NCBI RefSeq assembly: GCF_009914755.1
Contig: NC_060937.1
Strand: one strand, 5' to 3'
DNA: 64,000 bases
Source of the DNA: the human T2T-CHM13v2.0 reference genome, Homo sapiens
In this document: positions 1-43,424 of the stretch, in pieces
Position numbering within the stretch: the first letter of the stretch is position 1
How the letters are laid out: each line of letters starts with the position of its first letter
Program-made: the position numbers and the translations under genes
The notes under the pieces: generated by a model
Told to the model about the DNA's origin: nothing
Databases searched by the model: none
The model's input: only the letters and a program-made list of their open reading frames with translations

Positions 1-274
1 TAAAGGGCAATCTACATTCTACAAGACAACTGGCTCCATCCATTTAAAAAGTCAATGTCATTTTTAACAAAAGGGTATTTTGGGGGATAATGTAGAATAA
101 AAGAAGGCATAATCAAGTGCAATGCATGAATCTTAATTGGATTCTGAATCAGAAAAAGAAGGGCTATAAAAGACATTTTGTGGGCACTTGGGGAAATCTG
201 AACATAGACTGGATATTAGATTATTTTAGGGAATTGCTTTCTTAGGTGTAATAATAATAATATGTGTTTTGTAG

Positions 275-454
<180 letters not shown>

Positions 455-659
455 TAGTAGCGACGGGGTTTCACCGTATTAGCCAGGATGGTCTCGATCT
501 CTTGACCTCGTGATCCGCCCGTCTCGGCCTCCCAAAGTGCTGGGATTACAGGCGTGAGCCACCGCGCCCGGCCGAAGCACAACCTTATTCTTAGAAGATA
601 CACTCTGAAGTGTCATGTGTATCTGAAAGAAATCTTCAAATTGTTGAACAACACATGTA

Positions 660-1046
660 CAGTAAATTGAACTACATGAAATTGTTTCTATTCAATTTTT
701 ATTATAATTTCTTTGTTTTTTTTTTTTGAGACGGAGTCTCGCTGTGTCGCCCAGGCTGGAGTGCAGTGGCGTGATCTCGGTGCACTGCAAGCTCCGACTC
801 CCGGGTTCATGCCATTCTCCTGCCTCTCAGCCTCCCGAGTAGCTGGGACGACAGGCGCCCACCACCACGCCCGGCTAATTTTTGATATTTTTTTAGTAGA
901 GACGGGGTTTCACCGTGTTAGCCAGGATGGTCTCGATCTCCTGACCTAGTGATCCGCCCGCCTCAGCCTCCCAGAATGCTGGGATTACAGGCATGAGCCA
1001 CCGCGCCCGGCCTTTTTATTATCATTTCATATACTTCAACCTGATA
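660..1046. mobile_element. MADE2-like mariner MITE, split by an AluY
   Basis: Degenerate inverted ends ttgaactacatgaaatt ... atttcatatacttcaacc flank the Alu at ~711-1012. Confidence 0.45.
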
Positions 1047-1382
1047 AATAAGTATAGCAAATATTAATGGTTGTTTCAGCCTGGTGATAAATATATGAAT
1101 GTTACTATCCTATTCTTTCAACTTTTTTGATTACTTGGAAATTTTATTAATAAAGTTTTGAAAAAAAACAAAATAAGAAAAAAAGTTTGACATCAAACTC
1201 ACGGAGGAAGTGAATGCTACTTTTACCACTTAGTACCTAATGATGGCAACAATGCCAAGAGAAGTTTCCGGGGTGGGAGCTGTTGGGGGCACCTGAGGCA
1301 GCTTTATTCCATCCACATCTTCCATTAAGAAGGCTTATTGCCACCCACAATAAGCATAACCCTACCTAAGAATAGTGTGCTT

Positions 1383-1463
1383 GGCTACTCTGGGCATACT
1401 GCCTATGGGGTACTCCTGCTCTGCAAGGAGCAGTAAAAAAAAAATTTAAATTAAATTAAATTA
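1383..1463 (+). mobile_element. 52-nt retroposed mini-element with A-rich tail and 15-bp TSD
   Basis: TSD aagaatagtgtgctt (1368-1382) and aaaaacagtgtgctt (1464-1478). Confidence 0.75.
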
Positions 1464-1778
1464 AAAAACAGTGTGCTTTAGCCCAAGCCTCCTAAGCACT
1501 AGATTTTGGCTCCTAAGGCGCACTAAGTGGATGCTTTGTGACCTGGGCGAGGTGCTTAATTCTCCAAGGACTTAGTATTAAGTAAATATGAAGAATAAGG
1601 AGGAAAGAGTTCAGGATGACTTCCACATTTCTGGCCAGAGTGACACCTTAGGAAGAGAAAGCGTAAGCATCCCTGGGGAGTTAGGAGTTATTTCAGGCCA
1701 AAGCACTGAAGGAAAGAGAGACCTTAAAGAGAAGCTTTAACAGTGGTATATTGGACTCAGTGCCGTCTTTTTATTTAA

Positions 1779-2084
<306 letters not shown>

Positions 2085-3445
2085 TAATTGTATTTTTAGT
2101 AGAGACGGGGTTTCACCATGTTGGCCATGCTGCTCTCCAACTCCTGACCTCAGATGATCTGCCCGCCTTTCCCTCCCAATGTGCTGGGATTATAGGCATC
2201 AACCACCCTACTCAGCCTATATAGCCATCTAATTTAATATTGACCAAATGAAATTTCTTTTTGTACCCCAAGCTGATGAAGAGGAATGGAGCAATTTTGT
2301 TTTTCAAATATTCTATAATGAGCATACATTATTTTTAAGGAAAAATTATTTTTAAAGTGGTTCTACGGTATAAAACTCAGAAAAAGCAAAATTTTAATTA
2401 CAAGTAATTATATAATTATCAGCTAAATAGTAAACTTTTAAGTTCATACATTTGAACTTTTATCAATCAATTTATAATAATAAAATGCCACGTGATGTGT
2501 TTTGGCAACAGTTGAGGGAGAAACTGGTAACAGCAGCAGCAGCAGGATGGGGGGGCACCACACCCACCCACCCACACCGGCAGCAGAGGTGGCATCCTGA
2601 GAAGAGGCAGGCAGTGAGAGACTGCCACAGCTGGAATGACCAGAGAACCATCAGCAGGGCAGGGCAGCTGTCGGCATGAACCATCTAGTCTCCCCAAGGA
2701 AGGGAAAAAATGGTGTGGGGGAGGTTGGAGATCCATTAACACTAGGAGCAAATCCTCCCCCTAATAGCCACAAGATGACTCACCGAATATATTTCCAGAC
2801 ATTAAAATAGATTATCTCTGATACCTACCAGGATTGTTATGTTTGGTTTTTGTTTTGTCAATGTAAAAAAAAGAAAAAAAAAAAGGTTAAGAGTAGAGGA
2901 AGACCTAGAACAAAAAGCAATTGTTCCTTGCTTTTTATCTCCCCAGCCTCAGTCCCACTTCCAAAGGGCAACCACTTTGACCTTTGTGGTTTTAAATTCT
3001 CCTGATGATCTTCAACTGTATGAATAGGATTAAGCTGCTATTTTGTGACACTATTGACTCTTGCAAGGACTGATAAAAAGTCAGCTTAATTCACCCCCCT
3101 AAGGTGCACATGATAGTTAACATCACAATTTTTAGTCCTATTGTCCACTCTAGTAATTTTGATATCCTTAAACTTTTGTTTTTAGTTCTATTAAATACAG
3201 ACAGCACCTCTTGGCTCTCCATTTTGTGACAGGAGATTTGAACTCCTATTTCTCTTGAACTCCCCACCTTTGCTTCTACCTCCAAACTTCTTATTTTTTA
3301 GAAATGAGGCCTCCCTCTGTTGCCCAGGTTGGAGTACCTCTGGTGCAATCATAGCTCATTGCAGCCTCAAACCCCTCTACCTCCAAACTTTTCAAAGCTG
3401 TACTCTCCTAGATATCCATGACTGACAACATTTATATTCCCTTCA

Positions 3446-3542
3446 GTAACTATTTTTTTCTTTCTTTCTTCTTTCTCTCTCTCTCTCCCTCTCTCTCTCT
3501 CTCTCTCCCCCTCCCTCCCTCCCTCTCTCTCTCTTTCTTTGC

Positions 3543-3559
<17 letters not shown>
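3446..3559 (+). repeat. (CT)/(CCCT)/(CTTT) polypyrimidine microsatellite next to an Alu tail
   Basis: Visible simple repeat. Confidence 0.9.
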
Positions 3560-5194
<1,635 letters not shown>

Positions 5195-6139
5195 TAGATA
5201 GAGAAAATGTTAGATGCTGGTGTTAGCTCACTGCGATATTAATTTAGATGTCTGATTATAACGGATAAGAACATAATTTAACAGAAAATCTTTCTGTTCA
5301 TAGTATTTTCCTTTACTTTCCACCTTTCCCATATCTGTTTTGGTCTGACACTGTAGGGTACATCACTGTGAAATCAAAAACAAGCAAGCATGTACCCTTT
5401 GTCCTCAAAGGTTGGCATGCAGGCCTGTGAACTTGGAAAGACAACAAAGCTTTCTAGCATGATAAACAAAGAAAATGAAGATTAAAAAATCTGGTTTCCT
5501 CTTCCTGGCATTAGCAAATACCAGCTGTCCGAGAACTCTGAATAATCTACTCCTCTTATTCCTAAAAGGTAATTAATGTTAAAACATTGCCGAAAGGAGG
5601 TATATTTTGATTTTCAATTAAAATGACACAAATGAAGTGGCAATGCAACAAATATGAGAGAAAAATAGAAAACTGCAGTATTTGCATTTGTGATATTTTT
5701 CCCATCTAATTTCACTCTCTCCAATGGTCCCTGAAACATCACCTGCAGGCTGACATCCTGATAAACTCTAAAAGGAAGACAGAAAACAAAATCTAAAAGG
5801 CAGGGTGGGTGTGGCAGTTAGAGAGGTCACCACGAAAAAGAAGAAAAATGCAGCTACTCTAGGGATACAGATAAGTCATTAGGGTCAAGGGTTGAAAGGA
5901 GTACATGAGATTGCAGACTGCCCATGTGGTAACTAAAACTAATGACAGACTTCTAATAAAGGAACAAAACCTTTAGATTCTTTTGTTTGGCCTTTACTGC
6001 CAAAAAAAGCAAGTTGCAAAACCAGTCCTAACATTTCATTAAGCAATGGAAAGCTTCTTTCCATTGGGAAAAGCTAATAGAAGTGTCTCTTCATACCCTC
6101 TTAAAAAGGGCCAGGTTTCTCCTGATGTTTCTGCTATTA

Positions 6140-7277
<1,138 letters not shown>

Positions 7278-8003
7278 CTTAAACTGTAAAAAATTGTAAA
7301 CTGTAAAAACTATAAAAAATTGTAAACTGTTCTACTTACTTTACATATACCTAATTAATGCATTTTCTGAACAACATGATAAAGTTATGTTTAAGAAAAA
7401 CATACATGCACCAGTTCTCACGCTGAGGTATCTGCTGCCAGTTTGGTCCAGGAACATGTAATCAGCATCCTGGTCCCAGGTAGTGGCATGGTCAGTACCT
7501 ACTGCCCATTTCCTCAGAAGACAATACTGTCCTTTCCAAAATGTTTACTATTTATTTGCTCAGAACAGATAGGTCTTCATTTGACTCACTACCTGAACCA
7601 CCAGCTTCTTACATTATCTCTTTAAAGCAGAATTAATTCATATAATTTTGTCAAGTCACCTGGACTCAACTCTAATCTGAAAGTTCTTGAATATCTGTGG
7701 TATCACCATTTCTAAGTAGTTCAGCAGTCTAATGGTCATAACTAACTTAATCAGCCAAATATGAAATCTGTTTGATGCTGCCATTGTAGGAGTCAAATTC
7801 TTAATGTATTTATAACTTAATAAATTGCAATTCAGAATTATGACACTAAGTTAACTTCGCTCCATCCCTTTTTAGTTGAGGTTCCAGATTTCTGCTTCAG
7901 GTTGGAAACTGCCAATGCAATGTTCAGAGCATGTTCTACTCAAAAGTCACATCTTATCTTTCATAGCCACATGACAGACCAAGCCCCATTTGCTCATTTA
8001 CAT

Positions 8004-8009
8004 TTTATT
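8004..8009 (-). terminator. Probable THSD1 polyadenylation signal AATAAA (3'UTR ~245 nt)
   Basis: tttatt on + strand ~225 nt past the stop codon. Confidence 0.7.
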
Positions 8010-8232
8010 ATCATTGTTATTACTAATAAATCAATAGAAATTGAATAACAAAGGAAAAAGCTCAAGATAAATAATTTCTTCCTTGTGAATTCAAACACAT
8101 GCATACACACACATCCTCCTCTGTGTGTTACTTCCTCCTCACATTCTGTCCTACGGTACAAATAGTTACACAAAAGTCTACAAAACGCGAGTAGCAGACC
8201 CCAGCTGTGTAAAGCTCAGGCTGATTCTCAGT

Positions 8233-33422
<25,190 letters not shown>

Positions 33423-34131
33423 TCTGATTGACAAAATCCCAGGTCTTTAGTCTCCTCATGTCCTTTCTCACGTCCAGATTGTGATTTTTTTCCCCAAAAA
33501 CACCTGAAATTAGAACCTCAAAAAATGATGGCTCCGTTCAATGTGATTGATAAAATAGTAATCATTAAATGACAAAACCATTCTAAAACTCAAACTTTCT
33601 AAGTGATATTGAAAGGAAACTAGAGAGGACACTAATTTTCCCTGGGGCAATGACTTATAATTATACAAGCCTTTTTCATTCCATTATAACTCACAGGTCA
33701 AGAATATGCAGGTATGCCCAACACCCACTAAAATTATCTTTGCACAACACCAAAGTCTCTTCTCTTTACAGCACATCCTGACGTGGAGAGTTTATTGTTA
33801 TTTGCTTAATTTTATCAAAGTTAATAGCCAATTTGGATACATTTTCACATTATTTATCTGCTTGGCATTTCACACTGATCAATTTACTAAATTTCTGCTA
33901 AACTTTAATTTAGCATTGTGCTGTGTATACCCAAATGCTCCCTGCCTGGCGTCCACAAATGGGCTAACATTTCCTTGCACAATTGGTGTGTTACCAGGAT
34001 TGCTTCATTTATCAATTCCTAGGAGCTACATCCAAGTGATCAAAGCTTTTTTAAAAAAAAGATACCCCAGAATACTACAATTAAATATGAACTCCATGTG
34101 GCCCTGACTTCCCTTGTTTAGGGCAGCCTAA

Positions 34132-34508
<377 letters not shown>

Positions 34509-36599
34509 TAGGCAGGATCTCGATCTCCTGACCTCGTGATCTGCCCATCTCAGCCTCCCAAAGTGCTGGGATTACAGGCGTAAGCCACCGCACCCGGCTG
34601 GAAAAGGCACTTATTTTTATATAGACTATTCAACTATAGAATAAGATACTGGGCATTTAAGACAGTTCTTTCATACTAGAGTCTAGCAAACTATGTATTA
34701 ATATTAAATATAACCAAATATGTACTTTCTTAATGTTTAAGGTCCCCCCCATTATTCACATTTTTTTTTTTTTTTTTTTTTTTTTTTAGACAGAGTCTTG
34801 CTCTGTCACCTAGCCTGGAGTGCAGTGGCATGATCTTGGCTCACTGCAACCTCCACCTCCCAGGTTCAAGTGATTGTCCCACCTCAGGCTTCTGAGTAGC
34901 GGGGATTATAGGTGTGCACCACCACGCTTGGCTAATTTTTGTATTTTTAGTAGAAACGGTGTTTCACCACTTTGGCCAGGCTGGTCTCAGATGTCTGGCC
35001 TCGTGATCTGCCCACCATGGCCTCCCAAAGTGCTGGGATTACAGGCGTGAGCCACCACACCCAGCCCACAGTTAATCATTTTAATAAGCAAGTATATTAT
35101 ATTCCAAATACATGTTACATCTTTTCAGATAAGAGCACAAATTAGTGGAATTAAGAAGACTGATTGAAATAAGCCAGAATTCAATGGAAGGGAAACTGGT
35201 GTGTCTTATTAGCTTTCTTTCAGCAAGAGCTGCTGAACAAAGGAAATACTGTACTTCCTGAAAGGGAAACAGAGATTTGAAGTGTAACTATGCAGATTAG
35301 GGCTCCTTCCTCTTCCCCGCCACCCCCACCCAAAAAAAAGAAAAGAAAGGAAAGAAGAAGAAAATTGTTTTGGGTGGAATTAGCCACAGACTTGACCCAA
35401 TTCTTTCCTCGAACATGGACTGGGAAACCTGGGCAAAGTCAGCCAGTAAGATCCTTGCAGAACACATCACATCACTTGGGCAAGTGTGAGCACTTAAGAC
35501 AATTACAATGCTTCTTTTAAGTCACTGAGACCTGGTAACCAAACTAAGAAGAAGCAAGCTCCCAAAAGTTGAACTGGCTTCTCTCAGATTTGTTTGCTTC
35601 CACGACAATAACATTTTTATTTTTGAAGCCCCAAATCATTACTGATTTAGTGATTATAACACATTTTCTTTCTTATGAAAATGATCGGTAAAACATAGAA
35701 TGGTGAGACAATCTATATTTAGAGCTGAATGGAAAAAGACTTATAAAACAGACCAGCCTACTTGTCAATCATAATATGGAATATGATCATAACATTAGTC
35801 ATAATATGTCTCTTTAATTTCTTTCTACCTTGCTTATTTTCTTTCAACATGTTGTTCTCAATACCTCGACTGACTTCTTACAATGTTTGCATTGAGAATT
35901 GTTCTAAGAAATTAAGAACTTAGATATATTTTATACACATTTGAAAATACTTCTACCTAGCATTCTTGTATGTAAACTTTAGAGACAAATTCTAAATGCA
36001 TCAGCTGAGAAGGTGGGGAAAAGTTGTGAATATTCTCAATGGCTAACAGCATCACCCAACCTGAGACCCCATGTTTTTGCTGAAACCAGCTAGGACAAAC
36101 GCTTCTAAATCTCCCTTCATAGCTGCAGAAAAAGTAAATGAATTACACTAATGTCCATGGGACCAATGATTCGTGAAAGAATAAAATGGAAAACGAAGCA
36201 GTTATTTTGTCCCTTCTGACCAACATGCACATGCTTGTGTGTATATATACCAATAGTATTTATTGGGAGGAAATCTCTAGTTCTAAAGCAGCTCGTGTAA
36301 ACAGGCTTCATTTATCTGTTCATTCGAGTTTGCTCTGCCCTGGTCCCACAGGTTGGGTGCAGCGTTCCTGGGACGCCCTGGCTCGCCCCATCTACTCAGC
36401 TTCCCAAATGCCCGCAAGCCCAGTTCACGCCTGGAAGTCTACCCCTCGCGTCGTCAGCTTAAAGCCCTCCTTAATGAGGAGCGTCTTTAATTTAATTTAA
36501 TCCTTGTATTTCATACTTTTTGTATATCAGAAAGGATTTCTTTTTGGAAAGAAACAGTAGCTCAAGACGCGATTTTTCAAGGTTCTGTGGCCAGTCTCA

Positions 36600-37260
36600 G
36601 TCACTCGGCAACATCTGAGCCAAGGCAGAGCCAGGTTCACTTAAATTCGGGACTCCGAAGTGTGGAGACCAATACCCCTTAAAAGCGTCCCCTGGGGCCG
36701 AGGCGGGTGTGGGGAGGGGCCGCCACCGTCCACCTGCGCCTTCAGGCTGCGGTGAGGTGGCAGAGTCCGGAGGCATTTCCCGACCCCAGAGGAGCCTCCA
36801 AGAGTCTCGCGGCACGGGCGCGAACACCAGGATGCGGAGGGCGCTTCTTACCTTTCGAGACTGACGGGCAGCAACCCCAGGCCGTCCGGGCGCGTGGCGA
36901 GGCGGACGGGAAGGCTCAGGGGCGGCGAGGTAGAGCGCCAAGCATCCCGCGTCCCAGACTGCACGCCCTGACCCCGCGGCGTTCGGCTCCCACAGCCCCG
37001 CGGGGCCCGCCCCCGACGGCGTGGGGAGGGCGGGCGCCGGGAGGGCGGGGGGCACACGGGACCGGGCGTGGTCGGTTCCCGCCCCTTCTGGGCAGCGCAT
37101 CCTTTCCTGCCGGTCCCCAGCTCGCCAGCTGCTGGACAGGAAACAGGCAGGAAACGCGCGGCCAGCCAAGGTCCTGCGGGAGGGGGTGCGGCCCCGGCAG
37201 ACGCAGGTCCCCTCAACACACACCCGCATCCACAGCACACAGCCGGACCAGGGGTTTAAC
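36600..37260 (-). promoter_or_regulatory. THSD1: CpG island with THSD1 promoter and non-coding exon 1 (exon ends at 36852; TSS not determinable, roughly 36960-37250)
   Basis: High GC and CpG density, several GGGCGG GC boxes at 37020-37070, tandem CAGGAAAC ETS-like motifs at 37137-37155, and a consensus donor GAAAG|gtaag at 36852/36851. Confidence 0.85.
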
Positions 37261-37529
37261 GAAGGACGAGCGAGCAATCTCCTGACACTTCACATTCAAT
37301 CACTTCTACTCTAGTGTCATTTTCTTCAGGGAGACCACAAAAATAAGTCCTTGAAGCGGCACAGCATGTGGGCTGTAAACTTGCTTTCCCAAATGTCACT
37401 GAAGAGTTTCAAAAGAACATAGTTCAGGTAAAGTGCATCTCCATTTTCTTTCCCTGGGGTCAGAATTGGTATTAAAAATAACTAAACATTTTAAAAACTC
37501 TACTCTGCAAGTGTTAAAGTTCTTTTTAT

Positions 37530-39585
37530 AGGAATGTGAATTAGTTCAGCCACTGTGGAAAGCAGTTTGGAGATTTCTCAACTAAAAACAGAAAGATCAT
37601 TCGACCCAGCAATCCCATTACTGGGTGTATGCCCAAAGGAAAATAAATCATTCTGCCAAAAAGACACCCGCACTATGTTTATCACAGTACTATTTACAAT
37701 AGCAAAGACATGGAATCAACCTAGGTGCCCATCAACAGTAGACTGGGTAAAGAAAATGTGGTACATACACACCACGAAATACTAAACAGCCATAAAAAAA
37801 GAACAAAATCACGTCCTCTGTAGCAACATGGATGCAGTTGGAGGACATTATCCTAAGTGAATTAACATAGGAACAGAAAACCAAACACCGAATGTTCTCA
37901 CTTATAAGTGGGAGCTTAAACAACGGGTACTCATGGACATAAAGATGGCAACAACAAACACTGGAGACTCCAAGTCAAGGGAGGGAGAGAAAGGGGCAAG
38001 GGCTGAAAAACATCCTATTGGGTACTGTGTCCGGAATTGGTGGGTTCTTGGTCTTTCTGACTTCAAGAATAAAGCTGCGGACCCTCGCGGTGAGTGTTAC
38101 AGTTCTTAAAGGCGGCCTGTCCGGAGTTTGTTCCTTCTGATGTTCGGATGTGTTCAGAGTTTCTTCCTTCTGGTGGGTTCGTGGTCTCGCTGGTTCAGGA
38201 GTGAAGCTGCGGACCTTCGCCATGAGTGTTACAGCTTTTAAGGCGGCGCGTCTGGAGTTGTTCGTTCCTCCCAGTGTGTCCGTAGTCTCGCTGGCTTCAG
38301 AAGTGAAGCTGCAGACCTTCGCAGTGAGTGTTACAGCTCATAAAGGCAGTGTGGACCCAAAGAGTGAGCAGCAGCAAGATTTATTGCAAAGAGCCAAGGA
38401 ACAAAGCTCCCACGCTTTGCAAGGGAACCCCAGCGGGTTGCCACTGCCGGCGCGTGCAGCCTGCTTTTATTCTCTTATCTGGCCCCACCCACATCCTGCT
38501 GATTGGTTCATTTTACAGAGAGCGGAGTGGTCTGTTTTGACAGGGCGCTGATTGGTGCATTTACAATCCCTGAGCTAGACACAAAGGTTCTCCACGTCCC
38601 CACTACATTAGCTAGATACAGAGTGTCCACACAAAGGTTCTCCAAGTCCCCACAAGAGTAGCTAGATACAGTGTCCATTGGTGCATTCACAAACCCTGAG
38701 CTAGACACAGGGTGCTGATTGGTGTGTTTACAAACCTTGAGCCAGATAGAGTGCCGACTGGTGTATTTACAATCCCTTAGCTAGCCATAAAGGTTCTCCA
38801 AGTGCCCACCAGTGAGGAGCCTAGCTGGCTTCACCCAGTGGATCCCGCACCGGGGCTGCAAGTGGAGCTGCCTGCCAGTCCCGCGCCCTGTGCCCGCACT
38901 CCTCAGCCCTTGGGTGGTCGATGGGACTGGGCGCTGTGGAGCAGGGGGTGGTGCTCGTCAGGGAGCTCGGGCCTCACAGGAGCCCATGGAAGGTGGGGGA
39001 GGCTCAGGCATGGCGGGCTGCAGGTCCCGAGCCCTGCCCTGCTCAGGGAGGCAGCTAAGGCCCTGCGAGAAATTGAGCGCAGCGCCGGTGGGCCGGCACT
39101 GCTGGGGGACCCAGCACACCTTCTGCAGCTGCTGGCCCAGGTGCTAAGCCCCTCATTGCCCGGGGCCGGCAGGGCCCACCGGCCGCTCCGAGTGCGGGCC
39201 CGCCGAGCCCACACCCACCCGGAACTCGTGCTGGCCCGCAAGCACCGTGCGCAGCCCCGGTTCCCGCCAGCGCCTCTCCCTCCACACCTCCCCGCAAGCT
39301 GAGGGAGCCAGCTCCAGCCTCAGCCAGCCCAGCCCAGGAAGGGGCTCCCACAGTGCAGCAGCGGGCTGAAGAGCTCCTTAAGTGCCGCCAAAGTGGGAGC
39401 CCAGGCAGAGGAGGTGCTGAGAGCCAGCGAGGGCTGTGAGGGCTGCCAGCACGCTGTCACCTCTCAGTACTATGTTCATTATCTAGGTGACAGGATCAAT
39501 AGAAGCCCAAACCTCAGCAACATGCAATTACCCTTGTAACAAACCTGCATATGCACCCCCAAATCTAAAACTAAAATTTAAAAAA
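37530..39585 (+). mobile_element. L1 3' end (L1PB-like), split by the LTR12C insertion
   Basis: ORF2 C-terminal remnant (DPAIPLLG...TWNQPRCPSTVDWVKKMWYIHT) and 3'UTR. The sequence rejoins across the LTR as cctattgggtac|tatgttcatt. Confidence 0.85.
38026..39466 (-). mobile_element. LTR12C-type (ERV9) solo LTR, 1441 bp, inserted into an L1 3' end
   Basis: Minus-strand termini TGAGAGGTGACAGCGTGCTGGC...CCAATTCCGGACACA; 4-bp TSD GTAC at 38022-38025 and 39467-39470; repeated CCAAT / TGTGTCTAGCT units. Confidence 0.92.
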
Positions 39586-39690
39586 GAGTTTTAAGTTTTT
39601 GGGAATATATGAGAGGATAGATTCCACCTTAACAGCTGTGCTTGTTAAATTGAGTAACTATGCAGTATGGTTTAACACTTGCTTTTCTTT

Positions 39691-39770
39691 TATGCAGAAT
39701 ATACCATTTGACAGCAAAACTAATATCCGGTATGCAGAATATACCATTTGACAGCAAAACTAATATCTGG
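39691..39770 (+). repeat. 40-bp tandem duplication (two copies, 1 mismatch)
   Basis: tatgcagaatataccatttgacagcaaaactaatatcYgg x2. Confidence 0.95.
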
Positions 39771-40084
39771 TAATGGAAATCAAAGCACAGTGGTGGCCTT
39801 TGGAGAGCGATGACAGGAAAGAGGCACCAGGAAACTTTTAGGGGGCGACAGATATGTTCTACTGTTTGGAGTGTGAGTTACATGGATTTACTAAGCATTT
39901 GTTAAAACTTGTCTGACTGAAGATCTGTGCATTACAGTTTGTAAACTGTACCTCATTTAAAAAAAAATTTTTAAATATGTGATTTGCAGGTCTTTGACTC
40001 TATCACTTCATTTTTAAAAAGGTAGCACAAGTATTTACTTATATGTTACCAGAGGTATAAAATTTTCTAAGAACTTATATTGTC

Positions 40085-42189
<2,105 letters not shown>

Positions 42190-43231
42190 GATATAGTTTA
42201 ACGTTTTCTAAAAGAAGGCAATATAAAAATCAAAGGAAAAAATGCTTTCAAACAAACAGTGGTATGGTCAGTATTGAACTATAACTGTTCTGGCTCTCAA
42301 AATACCTTCAGTTTTCTTTCTGGGTCAGTGACTGATCTAGTCATCTTGTGCAAATTGTATAAAATTTATACATTATCTCAATAACTCCGTTTATACAAAT
42401 GGAGAGAGCTTTTATGTCTCTGGGTAATGCTCTGAGATGAAAGCTATAACTGACTCATGATTTCGTATCAGGACACAAGGAAGAAGACGAATGGCTCAAT
42501 TTCCACACTGTAATAACAAGAACTTACATGTGTATAACAACTACTCTGGAGTGCTTTCCACATCATGGACATGGCCCATGCCATATTTGAGTAAGACAGA
42601 GCAGATCTCACTCAGACAGGCTAAGCCTTGACAAGTCTGGTTGAGAAACCTCTTGGGAAGAGGGTAAAAGACAGAGTTGGTCTGCTAGGCAACTCGTGCA
42701 TGACTCAGTACTATAATTCAAAAATCACTCAATTCAGTTAATACTTTACTAGGAATCTACCATGTAGTCACTGACCTAGGTCAGTGAGAATTCAAAAGAA
42801 ATGTTACACGACAGTCTTTGAACTTAAACCCAGTTTCTCTATTTTCTTATGGTATCAAGACAACATTTAAGAGAACAAGACAAAATATAGTTAAGCATAT
42901 GGAAAAGACAGTAACTCTTGTAGAGTTTAGAAATAATAGAGCTGTGTATTGGAAACATTTCTGATGCAGGCAGGATTGAGCAAAGTATAATTTAGATTGG
43001 TGGGGGTGGGCGTGGGAGAGGGGAGGTGAGTGGGAAGAAGTAAAGAAAGGTTTGGACAGACAAGGGAAATATCCAGGAGCAGGAAGGGGCACACCTCTGC
43101 TGTTCCCTTTTCCCAACACCTTCCACTTACTGACAATCTCTTGGTCTTTGTGAGCCTAGTTTACCAGGTTCTTCCTTTCCCTTCCAAAGCCCTCCACCAG
43201 GACTAAGGGCTCCTTTTTCTGTCTTCCCCAG

Positions 43232-43279
43232 CATGGTACATATGCCCCTTCCATGGCACATATGCCCCTTCCATGGCAC
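43232..43279 (+). repeat. 20-bp tandem repeat, ~2.4 copies
   Basis: catggYacatatgccccttc units. Confidence 0.9.
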
Positions 43280-43424
43280 TTACTTCATTCCATCTTCAGT
43301 GAAAGTTGCTTACATGTCTGTTTCCCCAACTAGGTTTCCCTTTTCTTAAGGACACAGCTGTATCTTATTCATCTTTGTATCCCCTCCCACTACCAGTGCC
43401 CAACAAAACTGCTCACACAAAATT

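Noticed and set aside
36597-37314. ORFs of 130-226 aa across the CpG island
   Set aside because: Stop-poor GC-rich DNA giving Pro/Arg/Ala/Gly-rich translations on both strands; typical CpG-island artefact.
38530-38800. Regularly spaced ~40-bp repeats superficially like a CRISPR array
   Set aside because: These are the known tandem CCAAT-containing units of the LTR12 U3 region, in eukaryotic DNA with no unique spacers or cas genes.
37975-39351. Overlapping ORFs of up to 166 aa
   Set aside because: All lie within the LTR12C element, which encodes no retroviral protein.
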